A stretch of 64,000 nucleotides of DNA from Callorhinchus milii (taxonomy: Eukaryota): the NCBI RefSeq assembly GCF_018977255.1, contig NW_024704743.1:94924001-94988000 (forward strand), in the 5' to 3' direction. This document shows, one piece after another, positions 37,934 to 50,477 of this stretch. Position 1 is the stretch's first letter. Each line of letters opens with the position of its first letter. Below the pieces are notes generated by a model. That model saw nothing but the letters and a program-made list of their open reading frames with translations. It searched no databases and was not told where the DNA came from. A program made the position numbers and the translations under genes.

Positions 37934-38046
37934 GAATACAAGTGCAACCGATTTATTTGTTAAAGAAGAAACTATTAGTAACACTGCCACTTTCAGGCTA
38001 CGTTTTGCAAAAACTTAAACAAGTCACGCACATAGGTGTTGAGAAG
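37934..38046 (+). other. Possible second exon (113 bp; alternative acceptor gives 37997-38046)
   Basis: Consensus donor AAG|GTAAGT after 38046; acceptors tttctag (37933) or ctttcag (37996); one open frame. Phase does not join directly to the 11859 exon. Confidence 0.25.
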
Positions 38047-39220
38047 GTAAGTTTAAATATTTATCAATTTAAACCAAGTTCTTTATGTTTCTTAACTTTC
38101 ATACAGAGTTTTATAGATTTTGACATGTAATGTACTATAGGATAGGTTTATTATTGGTTATATTGTATTCGTATTAGACAATGAGTATTGTTTACAGCAT
38201 TTGATCATATCAGTGATTTATGATGAGCTGGATTGTCCATAAACAGGGAACGCCTTCTAGTGATAGCTTTTCTTACAAGAATTTCTTTATTCAAGATACA
38301 CAAAACTTAAGATTTGTAATAATAAACACATTTGGAATTTACACTTCTCGTGAGATGTTCAACAATAATAACAACTTGCACTTGTATACCTTCACGTACT
38401 GAACAATGGAAACCTCTCACTCTCCTCCCCCATCTGTCTCAATGCAAGGATTATTATTATTAATAACTTCTCCTTGAGAATTTGGCGGGACTGCCTGGAA
38501 TTGCTGGGAGGCGATTAAGACAATAGAGCAAAGTAAACTAAAGTCTGGGGAGCTTCAAACTGGTGAAATTAACTGTGGCACCTCCGAGCCGAGCAATATC
38601 AACAACAACAACTTGCATTTATATAGGGCCCTTGATACAGGGTAGAATCTCGGACCCCTGGGTAATCGTACTAAGCTGTGTAAGAACCAGAACAGTTCAT
38701 TGCCCATAGCTGGGCAATTACAACAACGTGCATTCATTTAGCACCCTTCACAGAGGGCAACATCCTGGAGCTCTTGACAGTGACAGAGTCGGACACTGAG
38801 CCAGTTGGAGAGGTGGCCGTGCCCTTGATTTATAGAATCAGCCTCAACTCCAGGACCTGTGCCAACTTTATTCCAATCAGTGCCAAGCAGTGGTGCACTC
38901 CAATAGAAAATGTAGTGACTGTATATTTTGTGGGTGCACAAGTCAATCAATTTGCATATAACAATCTCCCACAACAATCAATCGATTTATTTAGCAATTA
39001 GCTACTCAATTATCTCTTAGCCTCAATTCTGAATCTGAGGGCAGAGATTTACTTTGTTACTCAATCCACGATAACACCCAGCCCTAACTCTTAAAACTTA
39101 TCATTTAGTTGCTTAGTCCAATTGGGATTCTCCATTCTTGCTCTTCTACATGCCAGAGAATTCCTATAATTGGGTAGAAGAAAGGGGCATTGCTTTCCTC
39201 CATTTTCTCTTGATTCAGTA

Positions 39221-39395
39221 GCTCTATTGAAGTTTGACTCCATGTTATAGCTTAGGTTATAGAGCAGTTTAACTCTAGATTATAGAGCAGGTTATAGAGC
39301 GGTGTCTCTATAGGTTATAGAGCAGGTAATCTGTTGGGTATAGAGCAGGCTCTATTGAAGTCTGAATGCAGCTTTCAGCAGCTAATAGAGCAGGT
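39221..39395. repeat. Irregular minisatellite with ATAGAGC(A/G)G core
   Basis: Six core copies with variable spacers; gctctattgaagt at 39221 and 39349. Confidence 0.8.
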
Positions 39396-41067
39396 TCCAC
39401 TGCAGTCTAACTGCACTGACCTGCCCACCCTTAATGCCTTAGGAGCTAATTGCTGCCTCTCAGAGATGTAATTATCATAGTCAGGTAGAAGAAAGATCTT
39501 GTAAATTGTTATAGTATCTGTAATGCCAAAGATCTCAAAGTGTAATTAACGTCATGAGTAGTGACTCCTTTTGATACAGAAATGTGGCAGTCTTTTTGCA
39601 CACAGTAAAGTTCTGCAAACAGCCAAGAGGTAAGTGAACAATTAATCTAAACCACCATCCTTTTGTGCTTAGCTGTCAGCACTGTGCCATGACCCTTAAA
39701 GAAAGAATACATCTTAGCAAACGCATGCATTGTGGTGATCCCTTCCCACCCGCCAAATCACCATCGATTTACTTTCCAAACATCTATATGAGCTTCAATG
39801 GCCAACATTACTGAGAGTCTGACATTTCTGGCAATGAATGTCATACAGCATGGTCAGACTTGGGTCACAGCAGGTCTAGGCCACCTAGAATTGTAAACAT
39901 AACAAAAAAAGTAATTGGCTTTGTATGAATACTGCATTTTTCTTGCATCACGATGGCTTTTGCGAAGCCATTATGAGAATCAAAAAGTGGGGGAATTTTA
40001 TTTGTCAGTTTGAGTTGTATGCACTCCATGCTGTTGAATCATTAAAAAAGTGGTATCCATATTTATCATAAACTGCTTCTTTAAAACCACAATAGAGAAT
40101 AGACCTTTACTATTTTCCCTCAGGCTTGATTCAAACTGAGCGAAAAGCAGTGACTGAGACTGCTTTCTGTACAAGCTGTGACACCTAGCCCCAATCAGCC
40201 ACAGCATTGTGCTTTCAAAGACTCCACAGCTCCTAATTAATGCACTCCACAAAAACTAATACAGTACGTACCTGACACATATAGCTTTTACAAAAGTTCA
40301 ACAGACATTTGTTGCTGGAAGCGTTTGCATTATATCTGCGAACCCCCACTACATATTAATTTTGGATGAATCTCTCTGGGTGCCAGTCCCTGTTTTCTGC
40401 CTTGTTTTATGGGGTGTTCAACTTAAAATGAAACATCCATTCCATGTGCCAATAAGGGGAAACTTCACAAGAGCCAATAGCACAATTCCACCATCTCCCC
40501 CTATAAAACCTTGCATGTTAGTAATAAGCAAGAGTTAGCTTGTTCTTTCCCCTCCCGTTCTCTCTCAATCTGAGTCAATCCTGTCCTGTGCTGTTTCACT
40601 GCATTTACGCAGTACACTCATGCCAGGAGAATGTCTCAAAGCACTTGACACTGTTCACTGGACACCCAACCTGGGGATGTGGCTGATGGGGAAGTGGGAG
40701 CTGAGCTGGGGTGGGAACATAGGCTATACATTGGCTATGTAGGACTCCCCTCAAGGAGCAGCTTACATTATTCTCTTCCAAACAGTCCTGCCGATCGGCA
40801 ACTGTGGACACGGACTTGCTCTCAATATACATTATCAGTGACTGATCTAGCTTATTGTATAAAGCCTTGACGACATAGTGCCCAATCATCCTGCAACCAT
40901 TTCTTTTTCACTTGACTCTGTTTTACGTGAGCAAGTGAGAACACTTTGGATTGACTGACTCTAATTAAGTGAAACTTATTCCCGGTCATGCATCTATTTA
41001 TGTTAGCTGGCTGTTGGTGAGGAGCAACAATGCTCTACAATGCCTGGTCAAATGGGGGATTCTTTCT

Positions 41068-41272
41068 TATTCAGAATTCTGTAGCTCGTGTCCTCTCCCG
41101 CACCAGGCTCCTTGACCCTGTCACCCCCACCCTCGCCGGCCTCCACTGGATGCGCATTGCCCAGAGGAGACAGTTCAAAATTCTCATCCTTGCTTTCAAA
41201 GCCCTCCACGGTCTTGCTCCTCCCTTCCTCTGTGATCTGCTCACTCCATATCGACCTCGCCGCTTTGCCCAC
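41068..41272 (+). mobile_element. L2 ORF2 C-terminal fragment (older host, left part)
   Basis: IQNSVARVLSRTRLLDPVTPTLAGLHW...FKILILAFKALHGLAP. Confidence 0.88.
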
Positions 41273-41274
41273 TC

Positions 41275-42499
41275 ACTGCCAACCACTCCATCCTCATACG
41301 CCGCCTCTCCGCTTTACTCAATCTTCACAGACCTGCCCTTGCCTGGTTCGACTCCTATCTCTCTCACAGTCTTCACTTTGTTGCCTCCAACGGTTTCTCC
41401 TCCAGCCCCCGCACTGTCACATCTGGCGTCCCCCAGGGCTCTGTCCTTGACCCTCTCCTCTTTAATATCTACATGCTCCCCCTTGGTGACATCATTCGCA
41501 GACATGAGGTCAGCTTCCACATGTATGCGGATAACACCCAACTCTATCTTTCTGCTCCACCCTCAACTCCAGGACCACTGCTGTCCTGACAGACTGCCTG
41601 TCGGACATCAAGTCCTGGATGAGGGCAAATTTCCTACAGTTGAATGTGAACAAGACTGAGGCTCTCCTGATTGGCTCGCGCCAGTGCCTCAGCACCTCAG
41701 GTTCTGGCAGCATCAACCTCCATGGTTGCACACTTCAACTCACCAAGCCAGTCACGAACCTAGGTGTCTTGTTCGACCCTCAACTGTCTTTTCTCCCCCA
41801 CATTCAAGCCATGACCAGTTCTGCCTTCCCTCACCTCCGTAACATTGCACGACTCCGCCACTACCTCACCCCTCAGGCCACTGAAACTCTTGTTCATGCC
41901 TTCATCATCTCCAGGCTCGACTATGCAAACGCCCTGCTTGTCGGCCTTCTCAACTCCTCCCTTCACAGGCTGCAGATAATCCAGAACTCTGCAGCCCGTG
42001 TCCTCTCCCGCACCAAACTCCGTGACCCCCATCTTCCCCACTCTCGCCCGACTCCACTGGCTCCCTACCCTTCAGAGGATCCAGTTCAAGATCCTGGTCT
42101 TCACATACAAAACCCTCCATGGCCTCGCCCCATCCTACCGCTGCGACCTCCAAACCCCCTACCAACCTGCCAGTTCCCTCCACTCATCCAGATCCAGCCT
42201 GCTCCATGTCTCCCGACCCACCCGCCCCACCATTGGCAGGAGAGCCTTCAGCCACTCTACCCCCAACCTCTGGAATTCCATCCCCCAATCACTCTGCCTC
42301 GCCCCCTCCTTAGCCTCCTTCAAGTCCTACCTCAAGACCCTCCTCTTCAACCATGCCATCGGCCACTCCTCTTCCCCTCCCCTCCCTTACCCCCCCAACC
42401 TCAGCTCGGGTCTGAAATGCTGTACTCTGTCCAGCGCCTTGGGACGTCCTCCCGACGTGAAAGGCGCTATACAAATGTAATCTTGTGGTTGTTGTTGTT
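41275..42499 (+). mobile_element. 5'-truncated L2 LINE, relatively young
   Basis: GVPQGSVL motif, degenerate YADD (YADN), LQLNVNKTE, SRLDYAN, LHWLP; perfect tail hairpin 42433-42468 and (TTG)n. Confidence 0.95.
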
Positions 42500-43225
42500 A
42501 ATCTGTCTAAGTCCCTTTGTAACTTCCTATTCCCATCTATACTACTTACTGAGCCTCCTAGCTTAATGTCGTCTGCAAACTTGGATATAAAACTTTCATT
42601 CCTTCATCCAAGTCATTTATATATATGACGAATGGCTAGGGTCCCTGTACCAACCCCTGGGGGACACCACTTGTCACGTCCCGCCAATCAGAGAACATTC
42701 CCTTTATCCCTACTGTCTGTTTCCTGCCTCCCAACCAATTACCAAGCCACATCACAAGGTTACCTCCAACTCCATGTGCTTCGATTTTCACTAACCTTTT
42801 GTGTGGAACCTTATCAAATGCTCCGAAAGTCCATATAAACGATATCCATAGACACTCTCTTATCCACCATTTTAGTGACCTCCTCAAAAAATTCAACTAG
42901 TCAGACTTGACCTACCCTTCACAAACCCTTGCTGACTCTCTTTGACTAGCTCATACCTGTCCAAGTGTTCAGTCACTCTGTCCCTGATGATGAATTCCGG
43001 TATTTTCTCTACAACTGATGTTAAGCTGACAGGTGTGTAGTTTCCTGGTTTCTCCCTCCCTCGCTTCTTAAATAAAGGGGTGACATTTGCAATTTTCCAA
43101 TCTAAGGGCATAATTCCCTAATCTAGTGTGTTTTGCAAAATTATGACAAATACATCTGCAATTTCCTCTCCTATTTCTTTAACACCTTGGGATGCAATCT
43201 ATCAGGTCCTGGAGATTTGTCTATC
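42500..43225 (-). mobile_element. CR1 ORF2 RT fragment
   Basis: PLDWKIANVTPLFKK, NYTPVSLTSV, AFDKVPHKRL, VTSGVPQG, KFADD on the minus strand. Confidence 0.93.
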
Positions 43226-43430
43226 TTCTGAACCCACGCTATCGGAAACTCCATCCCGGAGCTCCTCCTCTTTGCCCCTCTCTCTCCAATATAACACCTA
43301 TCATTTTCAACTGTTCTTTCAGTCACTTTTCTCCCCCGGCTTGGTTACCCATTCAGCTGAATGGAGTGGTTTCAGAAGTTCTCCCAACATGAAAGCTTAC
43401 TGTATATTTATAAATTTGTGTTGTATTGCA
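43226..43430 (+). mobile_element. Old L2 3' end (probable continuation of 41068-41272)
   Basis: cccacgctatcggaaactccatccc and degenerate tail ttctcccaacatgaaagc. Confidence 0.6.
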
Positions 43431-44039
43431 TTGTGTTCAGAAATATGTGAACAGCTGAGTCCAAAATATGTTGTTTGACACTTTGATAATTTCTTCTGGT
43501 TCTGGAGCAAGTTGCAAGCATTATTATTATTTTTTTAATGATTATTATTGCTATTGTTACTATACATTGGAGACTGGGGAAGCTTCCCCATCTTACTGTG
43601 GTCAACAAACACCTAACCAACTCACAGTTCAGGAAGTAAGCCTCGAATGGGGAGGAAGGGAAACAGACAGATAAAGGAAAGTAGAGAGGATCAAAGGGAG
43701 CTCTGAAGCGTGGGGTACAAGGGAATCAGGAGCTCTTAGAGATGAAAGTAAGGATTAGAAGCATTTCTGCAGAGAGAGAATTAAAAGGGAATGGCCATGT
43801 GTGACTGAAGCATGGGATCTCAAGAAAGGAGAGAGAAACAAGAGATACAAAGGAAAAGAAAAGAAAATTAAAAGAAGCAGGGAGAAAAGGCAGTAAAGAG
43901 AGGCACAAGAAACAAACACTCTCACAAAAACAAGAGAGAAACACTGGAGACTTAGGCAATAGATAGACCTGATTGAATAGCAAACAAGCTGCTGAAGTTT
44001 AGAGTGTGTTGTGATGTGATCTTTTGTTGGATAAATATT

Positions 44040-44600
44040 GGGATCTAATTTGTTGGAGCCACACGAAAACCAAGTTCCAATGTAAAGGACAATGGAAGCC
44101 GTGGTGGAGGATAGAAGCAGTTAACCCAAAGATTCAGATTTTCGAACTGGGATGAATGGAAGGAGCAGGAATATAAAGTGACAGGGAAGGGACATGTCAG
44201 CCCTGGTCAGCAGAACAGACATTGTCGGCTGCATAGCAGAGGCGTTGAAGGCCCGGGTTTCATGGATTGAGGCTGTGGACAGAGTTTGAGGAGATGGGCA
44301 GGCCCAGGAGAGAAACTGACAGGGATAGAAGGATTGGAGGTCAATTTCCAATTTATACAGAGTTCTTCACACAGGGTAGCACCTTGAAGCACTTGATGGT
44401 AGGGCTTAATGGCAAGCCAGAGAGAGAGGGGGGAAGTGACACAGACAAAGACGAGGGTCTTCAGGTACGATCTGAAGATGGGTAAGGAGGGAGCAAGGCA
44501 GAGGTATCGAGGCAAGGCTTTTCAGAGGATAGGAGCATAGCGGCTAAAAGCACAGCCACTAATGGTGGAGCAGAGGAGCCGAGGGACATGCAGAAGACTG
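44040..44600 (-). mobile_element. L2 fragments (ORF2 piece plus a 3' end)
   Basis: Minus translation LCLAPSLPIFRSYLKTLVF matches the L2 C-terminus; tail near 44345-44395. Confidence 0.7.
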
Positions 44601-47600
44601 AGCAAAGACTGAAAACAGGAAACTGACAATGTCTGGGTTCAGAATAAAACTGCGGACAAAAGAAGCTTTAAAAACACAACCTTTGATTTAACCATGTATT
44701 GGTTATGCTCAGAAACTCATTTTTTATAAAGTAGATTCAATTAAATCATTCATGATTTCAGTAAGGGTTTATTTGATTATTAAATCAATTATTCTTCAAT
44801 AATTCTCTGAAACTGGTCGTTGTTGTGAATAGCGGTTAAAACCCAAGTTGGTCAGTCGATTCCTCAGTAAAATCCAATCAATAATTGATTCAATTATTTC
44901 AATTTGCTCACCAAGGAAAATGAAGAAAAATATTCACCCACACACACTCGGGGCTAAGGAACAGCACAAGAAAGGGAGATTTGAGGATCAGTGAGCTAAA
45001 CCAAAGTGGGTCTGAGCTCTGGGGTAAAGTGGCTGTTTGCAATTTTGGGATTAGGTGATCAGATTCTAACTAATGTATCGCATCATTTGCTGACAGTGAA
45101 ACTTCATTGCTTCACTGTACATTTTCACAGATTAATTTAAAATGATTTGAACTGCAGCAAATGTTGAACACATATGGCGTGATAGATGTGATGAAGGAAT
45201 CTTTTGGGAAATTGGATGAGTAGGGGAGATGGTCAGCTTCTGCCTCAAAATAATGTTACCTAAGACATAATACAGTATTATGATGTTTTTCCCCCAAAAA
45301 AAACCTTTGAAAAAATCAAATACATGTTTTTGTCCCTCAATTCAGTAAGTTTTATTGCATTCTTGGGATACCGTGATCAGTGAATACTTGGATTAATTTA
45401 GTGAAATGTCCTGAATGCCCCCTAAACAATCACTTGGAATCAGAACCGCAACAATGCCTTTCCACCAAGGCTGCAAAACTGATATCAGCAGCGCTGGGCT
45501 GAGATCCCAAGGGGATGTGGGGGGAGGGGGGTAAGCTACCTGTGACACTTCCCATCAGGTTTGATGCTACCTCAGCCCTGACTGCTCCCCTAGTGTTGCA
45601 CAGAGCCTACCACCTATGCTTCTCAGGGTTGATCTTGTTCACAAAAATATTAGATTGAGCACTCATCCCTTTCATGCTTTAGTGAATACTGTGATCCCAA
45701 GTAAATTATGTGGTTCTTTTTTTTCCTTCTGTTGATACCAGCTCACAAGATCTACAATGCAGCTTCCACAAACTATATCTCCACAATGTTAATCCTGTGA
45801 ACGGATAGGCTAGGAAGCATTTAGGAAGGATTGGGATGTTCCACTCCTGTGATTAATCAGCTTCTCCGAAATCTTTTACTACTGATTCAGGATTTTCCTG
45901 TCTCTCATATGAAAGATAAAACTGTTTTGTGATTCTCTCTGGAAGTGACCAATGCCATTATTAAAAGAACATCCACCGTTCTCAAGATAAAAGCCATTTG
46001 AAAATGTCAACCTTGCCCCAGTGAAAGGTTGGAAGATATTGGCATCTATTACATTTTTAAGATGAGAGAAATATTAACCTCAAAGATAGATCTGAGATTT
46101 GTAGGACTTTTATACCAGGCTACCTCCTGCCATGAGCTATTCTGTAACACAGCCTTTTTAAAAAAAAATTATAATAGAGAAGTTGTATAATTCAATAGAG
46201 AAGTTTTCCAACACCTGAGGATTATTCTGCATTCTCTGTTGGCGACATGATCTGATTTTGGAAAGTATTAATTTCAGGTTTATAAATCAGGGCACAACAG
46301 CTGATCTCCTAAACCAGTTGGCTCCTGAATTGGTGCTTGAATGGAAAAGCACTAACTAACAAGGATAATTCCATCTGCTTCTGGAGACCAGATCACATGC
46401 ATAAAGTCTAGGATGCACCAATTAGCAACTCCAAGTTGTAAATGGAATAACCAGAAGTGCAAAATACTTAACTTTACTTCAGAGTGACCTACTGGTGAAG
46501 CAGGGTCCCTATGGTTGATGTAATGTATTTCTGCTTCCTGCTGGGAGTTGACATTTACAACTTGGAATAATTATTAAGGAATCTTGTTAATAAACACCCC
46601 AGTTTAGCCCACAATCACAAAGATGGACTATCATTTTGACCGGCAACAATAACGTAGATTTTAGGGTCTCTGAATATCTTTCCAAGAAGGAGGCCTTTTT
46701 GTCTTCCCTCAAACTCAAATAGCAGTTGTTCAGTAAATTTCAAAGGGACTCGGGGCTCAGGATAATGTTGGAATAATATCATCAGACTCGGGGCTCAGGG
46801 TAATATCAGCCAGTTCATAGGTTGTTGCACGGAAAAGGTTATTGGATATAATTTTGGTATGATTTATTGGATATGCTTGGCGTCCACTGTGAAGCATTCT
46901 GAAACGCAATCTTGCGTGAAGGACGCTATTATAAACGCAAGTTGTTGGACATCACACTCTTTCCAGATCTTGAGCACCACAATAGAAGTACTACAGGACT
47001 TTCTTCAGAACTGCATATTAAAACAAGTCATTATTGATATTTGATTCAGCTTACTGCTGTTATGTCAATGCGTTTTCGAGTTTCCAGTGTCTGTAGTCTT
47101 ACATTCCAGGTAGTGCTCCTGAGGGCAATGAATTCACAATATTATCTAATTTGAAGTCAACATTATTCTTTCAAATCCCTCATCAATATATCTCTGAACC
47201 TAAAACGACAAAGGGCAAGGAAAACAGCTTATTGGTATTGCTGATAAGAAGGAAAAGCAAACTATGACCAACTTCACTGAGCATCAATTACAGCTAAATG
47301 TTACTGATCTGTACAAAACTGCTCATATTTCTCAGAGGAAATGAACATTTTCAGAGAACTATTTACTGGAATTTTCAGATGGATTAGGATACATCATACA
47401 GTCCTTTCCTTCAGATTTCATTCGGCTAATCAAATGTGATCCTTACATTGTGAGTATCCACGGAAAATGTCAGTGTTAATGGGAGATAGTTTACTACTAA
47501 AATGTCAGTATTAATGGTAGATGGATTATTTTACTTTGAAGTGTGCTACACTTACAGGCATTGGATTTTGACCCTGATCTAAGACCATGTTCATATCCAG

Positions 47601-47989
47601 ATAGCCCTTAAATTTCAATGACTGAAACATTATGCACGTTGGTCCCACCATATAAGAATGATGCATATAGACTATTGCTAAATACTGCTAGCGTGACACA
47701 TATGCAGTACTTGTAATTACTTTAATGCTGTAGATTGGTGAAATCATGTTGACTAGTATACTGTTGTATTACTACGTGTTTTACCTGTAATAGAAATTAT
47801 TGAATATTTTTAGGACTATACCTTCAATTGAAATTTTACTGATGATGATACATTGTAACTTTTGTAACCTTGTTAGAATGAATAGTATCTGCCTTTTCTC
47901 TATCTTATGTCTTTGCTCTGCCTGAACTATGCTTTCAAGTGAGATTGTATTGGTAATGTTGTCACATTTCTCGGTATGGACCTGATGGA

Positions 47990-48330
47990 TGTTTGTTATC
48001 CTTTCCTTGCATGGTATCCTTTCCTTGCTTGGCTGGACACGTTAATGAGGGGAAGCAATGCACACCGAGGTGCATGTCTTGGCTGAGAGATAGAACAAAG
48101 AAACGGTGTAGGTCTGTGATAAGGGGATGGCCTTGGATCATAATTGGGGATAGTCGAGCCTCCTTATCCCATGTCATGGTTTTAATAGTGCAAAGCTGCG
48201 CTTCCTTATCTAAGTCCATATTTTTACAGATGCCTTTTCAAGATGCAGTCAGGGGTAGAAGGAAAATTTTAATGGGATAGTTTTTGTGGGATGAAAAGGT
48301 AAAATTGAAAGTAGTAAAGTGTGAGATAGA
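47990..48330 (-). mobile_element. Possible highly decayed Penelope-like ORF fragment
   Basis: Weak resemblance (FHPxKTIP; LHRFFVLSLSQD...FPS) to the Penelope linker between RT and GIY-YIG; tentative. Confidence 0.25.
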
Positions 48331-48711
48331 CTAGATGGTTAGAGTTGAAGGAAGATTTAAACAAACGACTAGGTATAAATATAGCTGGTATAGCTGCTGT
48401 TCTTCAGATCAGATCTAGGACTAAAGAAGAAAGAAACTGCAACAAAATTACTAAGAGGAAAAGACAAAGAAAAAGACTCCTGCAATTGTGTATTCTGTTC
48501 TCTGGATTGGTAATTCATGACGATTTGAGTCAACAACTCTCAAATTTGTAAAGTGCAGGTAACTCTGCCTTGCTCCACTCCTTTGGATTTCATCTTTGGT
48601 AATCGTTTAAATTCATCTCAGGTGATATTATGTTCCAGCAGTTCAGAAATTTGTATACTTTGTCCACATTTGAATTGCTGGTCCTTTGAGTCAGTAGTGC
48701 ATCAGTTATAC

Positions 48712-49073
48712 GTGGCGTCCCGTAGCGTAGTTGTTAGAGCACTCGCCTTGCCAGTTAGAGGACCCGGATTCCATTCCCAGGCAGGGCGAAACCTTAGGCA
48801 AGTTTCCTTACTCCACATGCCTCGGTTTACCTAGCAGTAAGTAGGAACCCAGGTGTTAGTTGATTGGTGTATCACTTTCCTGGGGTAGTAACCCCTTCAA
48901 AAAGAAATGTGATCACTCAATCCATGACTTTTTGTTAAACACTGCTGTGCGTAATTGGCTGCTGCGTTTCGCCCATAAAATACATTGTCAATCTACTTTG
49001 CAATATATTCTGTGAAGCGCTTTGAGATGCATCGACGACGTGATAAGGTGCTATAACAAATGCAAGGATTATT
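48712..49073 (+). mobile_element. Full-length SINE, intermediate family A'
   Basis: tRNA-Ala head, central segment gcctcggtttacctagcagtaagtaggaaccc, shared 3' block and tail. Confidence 0.92.
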
Positions 49074-49129
49074 GTAGCAAAATGATCATTTTAGATATAC
49101 CCTTGATTGTTCTCAAGAATCAGCTAACT

Positions 49130-49550
49130 TTGTATCCCCAGAGGAGAGAGTTCAAAATCCTCGTCGTCGTCTTTAAGGCCCTTCATGATTTTGCCTCTCT
49201 CTACCTCTGCGACCCACTAACCCCATATCAACCTATCCATTCCCTCCGCTCAGCAGGCTCTGGCCTGCTCCACGTCCCCTGCCCACCCCACCATCATAGC
49301 TGGATTTTCAGCTTCTCTGCCCCCACCCTATGAAACTCCATCTCACAATCCTTTTGCCTCGCTCCCTCCCTTGCCTCCTTCAAGGCATGTTTCAAAACCC
49401 TCCTATTCAAACAAGCCTTTGGCCCCCCTCCTATCCTCCCTGCCCTCCATTCTCCCCAATACCGACCCCCAGCTCAAGTCCAAATCCTTGACCATCCAGC
49501 GCCTTGGGACGTACTTCCAACATGAATGGCTCTATATAAATGTATATTGT
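49130..49550 (+). mobile_element. L2 3' end
   Basis: FKILVVVFKALHDFASLYLCD...; tail agcgccttgggacgtacttccaacatgaa. Confidence 0.88.
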
Positions 49551-50477
49551 ATCAATCTTTAACAGTTAAGTGTCACTTGTTGAGCCAGATTGTTACAGTG
49601 TGTATTGGTCTACAGGAAGTCTTTGACTCTCACACAGAAAGCACCCAGTGCAGTTTCACTGCTGTCAGAAATCACCAAGGTCAAATTCATAAGACATCTG
49701 TTCTTCATGCATTTCTCGCTGGCTACACCCTGTTGTTACACCACCTAATATATCAAACAAAAATATCTTTCTAGCATGATTCTCATGCTTGTTTAATTTT
49801 GACCTCAGGTACTGCACATCATTCTCGAACTCAGAAATCTGCTCCTCGGCCCTAGCTTAACGATCTCTGGCTGATGAGCTGTGTTGTTCAGCTTCAGTGA
49901 CCCATTTATTGGAAGCTTGATGTCCCTGGTTTATGTGCTCCAGCTTGGGTGGGGGGGGTGGGGTGGAGAGAGAGATTGCATGTAGTTTCAAGTCGAGAGT
50001 CTCTAATTCTATACTAGAGATGCCTCTGCAGGTGTAGGTTAGACGTGAACAATCAGTCCAGGTTTCAGCTGCTGTGTGGTTCAGATTCCTGCTGAGATGC
50101 TGTGATCTGTTCAGGCCGGTCAGTTTCATGGAGATTCAGTATATTTTTAGATTGATTTCCTGACTCCCTGAGCTAGCCATCTTGCGTGCGTGCACCATAA
50201 CGAGAGGTAGCCCCAGCCATGGCTCCCCAGAAAGGTTTTGTTTTTCTGGATAGAGCAAATTATCAATCTTTTGACACCTGCAGACAGACATCGCAAAAAA
50301 CAGCATGTGGATGAATTTTTGTGGCATCAAAATATCTCAAAGAGCTTTGTACATGACAGCTGCCAAGTGCAGTGACCATTTTATTTTGTGCCTTCTTCCC
50401 AAGCTGCATTTCATCAGTCTCCAAAGCTGAATATTTTAAATGGGGCCTGTATTGCCCTGTATTAATTCCACAGGTGT

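Noticed and set aside
39221..39395. CRISPR-like array
   Set aside because: Core and spacers are too short and irregular, there are no cas genes, and the context is vertebrate.
41030..42566. Long overlapping ORFs (209, 315 and 160 aa), and likewise 33951-34775
   Set aside because: Frameshifted L2 ORF2 fragments; no endonuclease domain or intact RT.
43650..43960. Purine-rich tract giving a hydrophobic minus-strand ORF
   Set aside because: Low-complexity GA-rich sequence; the apparent membrane peptide is a compositional artefact.
45360..45705. Possible MITE with cttgggat / atcccaag ends
   Set aside because: Inverted match is short and no TSD is visible.
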